Below are positions 59,009-64,000 of a DNA stretch of 64,000 bases, piece after piece. Source of the stretch: an uncultured bacterium (lineage in GTDB: Bacteria; Chlamydiota; Chlamydiia; Chlamydiales; SM23-39); contig OY970323.1 of NCBI GenBank assembly GCA_963716985.1, forward strand, positions 1,728,001 through 1,792,000, written 5' to 3'. Below the pieces are notes generated by a model that searched no databases, was not told where the DNA came from, and was given only the letters and a program-made list of their open reading frames with translations. Within the stretch, counting starts at the first letter, position 1; each line of letters starts with the position of its first letter. A program made the position numbers and the translations under genes.

Positions 59009-61297
59009 TTGTTTATGCCCCAAAAGTTCCTAGGAATCCTTATTTTTTTTCTCCTTATCACGCGTCCATTCCCACTCAATGCGGATACAATCTGGACAGG
59101 AACAACATCATGTGACCTATATGATCCCACGAACTGGTCTCTAGGTCGTCCAAGCCCAGTGATCAGCGCCGATTTTGGCGCTTCCGGTTGTTTGAATCCC
59201 ATTACAAATGTGGCTTCTCGCGACATAAGCGCTTTTTCTTTGGTTTTTACAGGAAACAACAATTATACGTTCACCATTTCTAACGGTGCCAATCTAGATG
59301 TGTATGGTGAAGGTATTAGCCTTCCTCCCTCTCCTCCCAATATAATATTCAATGTGATTAGCTTGTCGAGTACGCTGAACTTTCACAATTGTTTTTTGGA
59401 TGCCGTCGTCATTAATGTCAATGGCGCCGGAACTCTTCAGGGAACGATGGACGGAAGTAATGCCGCAGTCAGTCTGGGGGTACCGACCCAGGGTAACATC
59501 ATACTTGATGGGAATTCATCCCTTGGCTTCTTATCGAGCAGTTCTGCCAATGACGCAATACAGCTACAGGGCCACGAGCTCAGCGTAGGAAACCTGGGGT
59601 TATCTTCAACAATTGTCGGACGAATTGTTGACAGCCTCGGATTTTCTGGAAGCCAATTGACCAAAACTGGCCTTGGAACCTTGGTTCTTTCCGGTTCGAA
59701 TAGCTATTCAGGCCCGACAACCATCTCGAACGGAAGGCTCAACGTGAATGGCACGATTAACTCTCCGGCAGCAGGTGTTGTGGTAAATTCCGGAGCAACT
59801 CTTGGAGGAACGGGCACCATCACGGCAAATATTGTCACTATAAATGGGACTCTGAATCCCGGCAACTCTATAGGAACTCTAAATGTTGTAGGTCCTGTTA
59901 CTTTTAACTCCTCATCCAACTATTTGGTAGAGTTTGATGCTGCCCATTGCGATCTTTTGAACGTTACAGGAAGCGTTACGATTGATCCCGGCGCCTCTGT
60001 TACACTGCAAGCCGATCAAATGATTGCCAATAACACCGTTTACCCGATTATTACAGTAACAAGCCCCCCCATTTCGGGCACATTTACGTCGCTCAATAAC
60101 CCCTATCTTTTTCTAACAGCCCAGCTTTCTTACGCCTCTGTCAACCAGGTACTTTTATTGTTAAGCAGAAACACCTTTGCATCTGTTCTTCCTAGTAATG
60201 CTCCATCGAATGCGATCGCTACAGGAGGTGCCTTAGATCAGGTAAATCCTTTAGGCGGCAGCGATCTTGACAATATCGTAGGTGATTTGATGCTGACGAC
60301 AAGTTTAGATGTGATCATCCACGATCTTTTGCAGATGCAGCCCTCCCAAATCAAAGCCCTTGGAGTTTCCGAGACCAATACCACAGTGCAACTACATTCT
60401 ATCATTGCCGAACATGCCGGCAGTTATATCAAGACTGCTTGCACTATAGAGAGTAGAAAAAAGTGGAGTGCCTGGGGCGATCTTTTTGGAGTCTTCTCTC
60501 ACCAATCCATGCTGCATGGCGAGCTTGGCTTCCATGACAAAACAGGCGGCGGTCTTATTGGTATCGACGCATCGCCCTGCAAAAACCTCTCAGTAGGAGG
60601 GGCTCTTTCCTATACATTTACCCATTTGGATTGGAACCACAACCCCTCCCATGCCACGGTCCAAAATGGTTATGGCATTTTCTATACAAGTTGGTACAGC
60701 AAACACTTTTTTGTCACATCTGCGGCCACTTGCGGCTACAACCACAACGATGTAGACCGCAACATTCTTTTGTTCACAAGCCCCATCAATACCACAGCGC
60801 ATAGCTCTTTTTCCGGCGTCGAGGGAAGCGGCTTTATGGAAATAGGCGCCATTGCAACTGATCAAAAAGCAGAGTTCAAACCCTTTGTATCTCTACATTA
60901 CTGCTATCTACACCACAACCATTTTAGAGAAAGGGGTGCCGACGGGCTCAATTTGAAAGTAGACGATGCCAATGCCAATCTATTGCGCAGTGAAGCAGGG
61001 CTCCAATTTTCTTCCTGCTACAAACGAAATGAGTATGAATGGATTCCACGCCTAACTGCTTCAGTAATTGAAGAGAATCGCTTCAAAGGAAAGCACTATC
61101 GAACTGAATTTGTGGAAAATCCCGGCGTCTTTTTCACTGTCAAAGGCCTACGGCCCCAGCACACGCTGTTTTCTCCAAAGGCAAGCATACAGCTCAAAAA
61201 GGGGGAAAATCTTTCTCTCTTTTTAGGATATGAGGGAGAGTTTGGCTCAAAATTTCATAACAACAGGGCCCATTTGTTTGTGAACCGCTCCTTTTAG
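59009..61297 (+). CDS. Autotransporter with passenger-associated repeat and C-terminal beta-barrel
   Basis: Signal peptide, LTKTGLGTLVLSGSNSYSGPTTISNGRL, LNPGNSIGTL, terminal Phe. Confidence 0.9.
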   Translation: MFMPQKFLGILIFFLLITRPFPLNADTIWTGTTSCDLYDPTNWSLGRPSPVISADFGASGCLNPITNVASRDISAFSLVFTGNNNYTFTISNGANLDVYGEGISLPPSPPNIIFNVISLSSTLNFHNCFLDAVVINVNGAGTLQGTMDGSNAAVSLGVPTQGNIILDGNSSLGFLSSSSANDAIQLQGHELSVGNLGLSSTIVGRIVDSLGFSGSQLTKTGLGTLVLSGSNSYSGPTTISNGRLNVNGTINSPAAGVVVNSGATLGGTGTITANIVTINGTLNPGNSIGTLNVVGPVTFNSSSNYLVEFDAAHCDLLNVTGSVTIDPGASVTLQADQMIANNTVYPIITVTSPPISGTFTSLNNPYLFLTAQLSYASVNQVLLLLSRNTFASVLPSNAPSNAIATGGALDQVNPLGGSDLDNIVGDLMLTTSLDVIIHDLLQMQPSQIKALGVSETNTTVQLHSIIAEHAGSYIKTACTIESRKKWSAWGDLFGVFSHQSMLHGELGFHDKTGGGLIGIDASPCKNLSVGGALSYTFTHLDWNHNPSHATVQNGYGIFYTSWYSKHFFVTSAATCGYNHNDVDRNILLFTSPINTTAHSSFSGVEGSGFMEIGAIATDQKAEFKPFVSLHYCYLHHNHFRERGADGLNLKVDDANANLLRSEAGLQFSSCYKRNEYEWIPRLTASVIEENRFKGKHYRTEFVENPGVFFTVKGLRPQHTLFSPKASIQLKKGENLSLFLGYEGEFGSKFHNNRAHLFVNRSF

Positions 61298-61543
61298 AAC
61301 CAGTTCTGATGTATGACTTTTGAGAAATGTTCGCATCAGATAAGGCAGGATGCAAACAGTATGGTTATTGGTGGTTGTCTTTTGAGCATCTGCGTCCTTG
61401 GCAAGCTAATTCACCTGCGGATTCCTGCATTTCGATGGAGTGAATTTGCGAAATTGGATCGAGGAAGGAATACGATATATAGGCAAAAATTAGGCATTTA
61501 ATTTTGAATGAAAACAAGATACCGCTCAATATTGGAGCCAAAA

Positions 61544-61969
61544 TCAAGCAAATGCATAATCAACCGAGAACTCTGGAAATAGTTTTTTTACTTTAGAGAT
61601 TGTCTCTATAGTGGCGTTGCCTTCTTTTTCTAATCTTTGATACTCATATACCCGATTGAACCCCATTTTTTTCGCGGCTTCTTGCTGTGTGAGATTGTCT
61701 TGAATTCTATGGTATCGCAGCATAAACGAAAAAGCGATTGTTGGACCTAGAGAAACTTCAACAACGTACTTTGAAGTCTTGATTTTTTTATTAGGAAAAG
61801 GTGCTAGTTCCTTGGAATCTTCCGGTTCTTGAATATAGAGATTGAGAGCCTCTTCCATATTTGCGATAAGATCTTCCATCGAATCGCCCTGTGTAAGGCA
61901 TCCCTTCAATTCAATGCATTGAGCAGAATATCCAGTTTTTTCCTTTTGGATTCTAAAATGGTACCTCAT
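61544..61969 (-). CDS. hicB: HicB antitoxin with XRE HTH
   Basis: L.GCLTQGDSMEDL..NMEEAL; LTQQEAA...YQRLE. Confidence 0.88.
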   Translation of the reverse strand: MRYHFRIQKEKTGYSAQCIELKGCLTQGDSMEDLIANMEEALNLYIQEPEDSKELAPFPNKKIKTSKYVVEVSLGPTIAFSFMLRYHRIQDNLTQQEAAKKMGFNRVYEYQRLEKEGNATIETISKVKKLFPEFSVDYAFA

Positions 61970-62166
61970 GACTCCTCCTTTTTGTTCTGTGATAGCAGCT
62001 TTCTTAACGAATGTTCGGTACCTGGCTTGAGTTCTTTGTGGTTTGGAATAATTACTGTAGGGCATCCCTTTTTCTTTAATTTCCAATGGCTTCCTTTGCC
62101 GCCCGGTACAATCTCGTAGCCAGCGTCTATGAAAAGCTTCCGCATTTCCTTGCTGCTTATTGGCAC
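61966..62166 (-). CDS. hicA: HicA toxin
   Basis: GGKGSHWKL.K.G...VIIPNHKELKPGT; ATGA overlap with hicB. Confidence 0.9.
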   Translation of the reverse strand: MPISSKEMRKLFIDAGYEIVPGGKGSHWKLKKKGCPTVIIPNHKELKPGTEHSLRKLLSQNKKEES

Positions 62167-62439
62167 AACCTCTCCTCTTAATGATTTGATCTTACCAATT
62201 ATAGTTGGTAAAGTCCAATTTTTTAACTTAACCGCTACATTCGCACAGGTTTTCAGCATCTTCTGCCTCAGACAAATCTCTATGGAAACAGTCGCTCAAT
62301 CAGCCAAAGCCTCTCGACCAACTGCATACAAGTGCATGAAAAAAGCTTTTTCTGCAAGCGTGGGAATAACCTTAAAAGAAAAAACATACCTCTGGTCGAA
62401 ACCAGCGACAATCACAGAAGAAGCAAAAGCTTGGACAAT

Positions 62440-62512
62440 CGCACCGAAAGGGACTCGAACCCCCAACCCCTTGGTCCGAAGCCAAGTGCTCTATCCATTG
62501 AGCTATCGGTGC
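62440..62512 (-). tRNA. tRNA-Arg(TCG)
   Basis: GCACCGATAGCTCAATGGATAGAGC...CT-TCG-GA...GGTTCGAGTCCC. Confidence 0.96.
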
Positions 62513-62606
62513 TAAAAAACATTATAAGATTATCAAACAGAGCGATTTTCCGCCACGAGAGTCCTTGTCGCCAACATGAATTCCATTGCTTTTTCCCATT
62601 TTCTAA

Positions 62607-63287
62607 ATGAAAATAAGCCCTATGGAAGAAAAAGTAGAAGCCATCGTTCTTAAGAGCATTCCGTTTCAGGAAAAAAATCGCATTCTTACCATTTTTTCGA
62701 AGGAAGAGGGACTGCTTTCGCTCATCGTCAAAAAGATCAGCTCCCCCCATTTGCTTGCTCTGACCACTCCTTTTTGCGTGGGAGAGTTTCTTTATAAAAA
62801 GGGACGAGGAGATCTCTTTTCCTTTCGCGACGGCACCATTTACGACAGCCTCTCTTTTTTACGCAACAACTTCGAATCGCTCCAAGCAGCCTCTTCCATG
62901 GCACGGGCCATCTTAAACTCCCATTTCCCCCAAAGCTACACCTCTCGCCTCTATCTGCTTTTTATTTCCTATCTCAAACAAATGCAGAGTTTTGAAAAAA
63001 AGGAAAACCTCGTCTCTAGTTTCCTGCTGAAAATTCTTTTGCACGAAGGTCTCCTACATCTCTCTTCTTTCTGCAATGTCTGCAAAGAAAAAGCCCCTTC
63101 CTATCTTTTTCGAGGAGAAAGTCAATGCTTTCTTCATCAAGAAAAGGGATCGGTTGCTTTTTCCGAAGAGGAGTGGAAAATTTTAAAACTCTTGACCTAT
63201 AGCAGATCCTTTCAGCTATTAAAAGAGGCGGATCTCACAGGGGAGTTAAAAACGAAAATATCTTCTGTTTTCCAAGAGCTCAGTTAA
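62607..63287 (+). CDS. recO: DNA repair protein RecO
   Basis: AIVLKS..F.E..RILT.FS.E.G; C-terminal CxxC; position next to tRNA-Arg. Confidence 0.88.
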   Translation: MKISPMEEKVEAIVLKSIPFQEKNRILTIFSKEEGLLSLIVKKISSPHLLALTTPFCVGEFLYKKGRGDLFSFRDGTIYDSLSFLRNNFESLQAASSMARAILNSHFPQSYTSRLYLLFISYLKQMQSFEKKENLVSSFLLKILLHEGLLHLSSFCNVCKEKAPSYLFRGESQCFLHQEKGSVAFSEEEWKILKLLTYSRSFQLLKEADLTGELKTKISSVFQELS

Positions 63288-63700
63288 AGCCTACTTTCGA
63301 TTGTGCCGTTTCGATAAAGCCAGCGGCCCTCTTGTCTGACGAAAAAGCTGTTTTCGATAAAAGTGGCCGAACCGCCCCCTTTTTTCAAGTAGGCAATGAA
63401 ACGAATGGTTGCCTCTTCTCTCTTATTTTCCATGTCCAATATTTCGACTCCTTCAAAAAAATGAGAGGAAGAAAAACTGGAAATCCTTTTCTCCCATTCC
63501 TGAAGGTCCCTCTGATATTCGGGATTGTCCGGGTGGGTCGTCTCGATGATAAAATGGGGAAGATTCATAGCATAAGCAGAAAATCTAGAAATCAAAAGCA
63601 AAGCAGCCGTTGGAACAGCCTTTCCCTTGTGATAAGGAGCGCAACAGAGCAGATAACCCTTCTTGCTCCCGCATGCACAATTTTTTTGATTCACGGCCAT
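63284..63700 (-). CDS. YchJ family (SEC-C motif) protein
   Basis: CACGS.K.Y..CC.PYH, SRFSAY, E.S.F....GRWLY. Confidence 0.88.
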   Translation of the reverse strand: MAVNQKNCACGSKKGYLLCCAPYHKGKAVPTAALLLISRFSAYAMNLPHFIIETTHPDNPEYQRDLQEWEKRISSFSSSHFFEGVEILDMENKREEATIRFIAYLKKGGGSATFIENSFFVRQEGRWLYRNGTIESRL

Positions 63701-63714
63701 TTCCTAAAAATCAA

Positions 63715-63798
63715 TGCGAGAAGGGGGACTCGAACCCCCACAAGATTTCTCCCACTACCACCTCAAAGTAGCGCGTCTACCAATTCCGCCATTCTCGC
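63715..63798 (-). tRNA. tRNA-Leu(GAG)
   Basis: GCGAGAATGGCGGAATTGGTAGACGC...TT-GAG-GT...GGTTCGAGTCCC. Confidence 0.96.
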
Positions 63799-63842
63799 GA
63801 GCAACTAAAGACAAAAAATATAGCTGCAAGATCCATATCGGC

Positions 63843-63998
63843 TCAAGAGTTTTTTTCGACAAACTCTTTCTGCCAATCTTCTTCCGAGAAGGGCCGTCCC
63901 AAAACCTTTTCGACCAGCTCCTGCCAAGGATAACTGTTGGCTGGAGAAAATAATTTTTCTTTTAACAATCTTCCCGATTGTGGAGTCCAAAGAACCTC
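63843..63998 (-). CDS. C-terminus of a probable M3/M2-type metallopeptidase (partial)
   Basis: GRLLKEKLFSPANSYPWQELVEKVLGRPF resembles the tail of these peptidases. Confidence 0.5.
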   Translation of the reverse strand, partial: EVLWTPQSGRLLKEKLFSPANSYPWQELVEKVLGRPFSEEDWQKEFVEKNS

Positions 63999-64000
63999 TT

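Noticed and set aside
62235..62435. IS630-like N-terminal remnant (KPATITEEAKAW) beside tRNA-Arg
   Set aside because: Similarity is suggestive but short, with no TIR or catalytic domain

Overview
The window is from an environmental Chlamydiota genome (inference from an NTT/Tlc nucleotide transporter, CtcB/CtcC, SET-domain and Inc-like proteins). The backbone order ispD-truA-HAD phosphatase ... CT465-like-ctcB-ctcC ... tRNA-Arg-recO-tRNA-Leu resembles the compact Chlamydia locus, but here it is spread over about 63 kb by accessory DNA. Notable inserts are a single-chain pyruvate:ferredoxin oxidoreductase, two eukaryote-like USP deubiquitinases, a signal-peptide-bearing TrxB-Trx fusion, a caspase-fold protein, paired Maf glycosyltransferases, three TA systems (AbiE and two HicAB-like), five apparently complete IS copies, a MITE and several IS relics. 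The most unusual structure is at about 9.3-15.0 kb: an integrase-free array of defence-like cargo segments, mostly single genes. They are separated by four direct repeats of the tmRNA 3' end (TCTCTCCACCTCCA, mostly followed by terminators), with a pair of inverted arm-like sequences, and no intact tmRNA lies in the window. Similar tRNA-anchored relics occur at tRNA-Leu(CAA) (serine recombinase remnant plus AbiE) and beside dinD. All calls come from reading the sequence and recalling motifs; no database searches were run.
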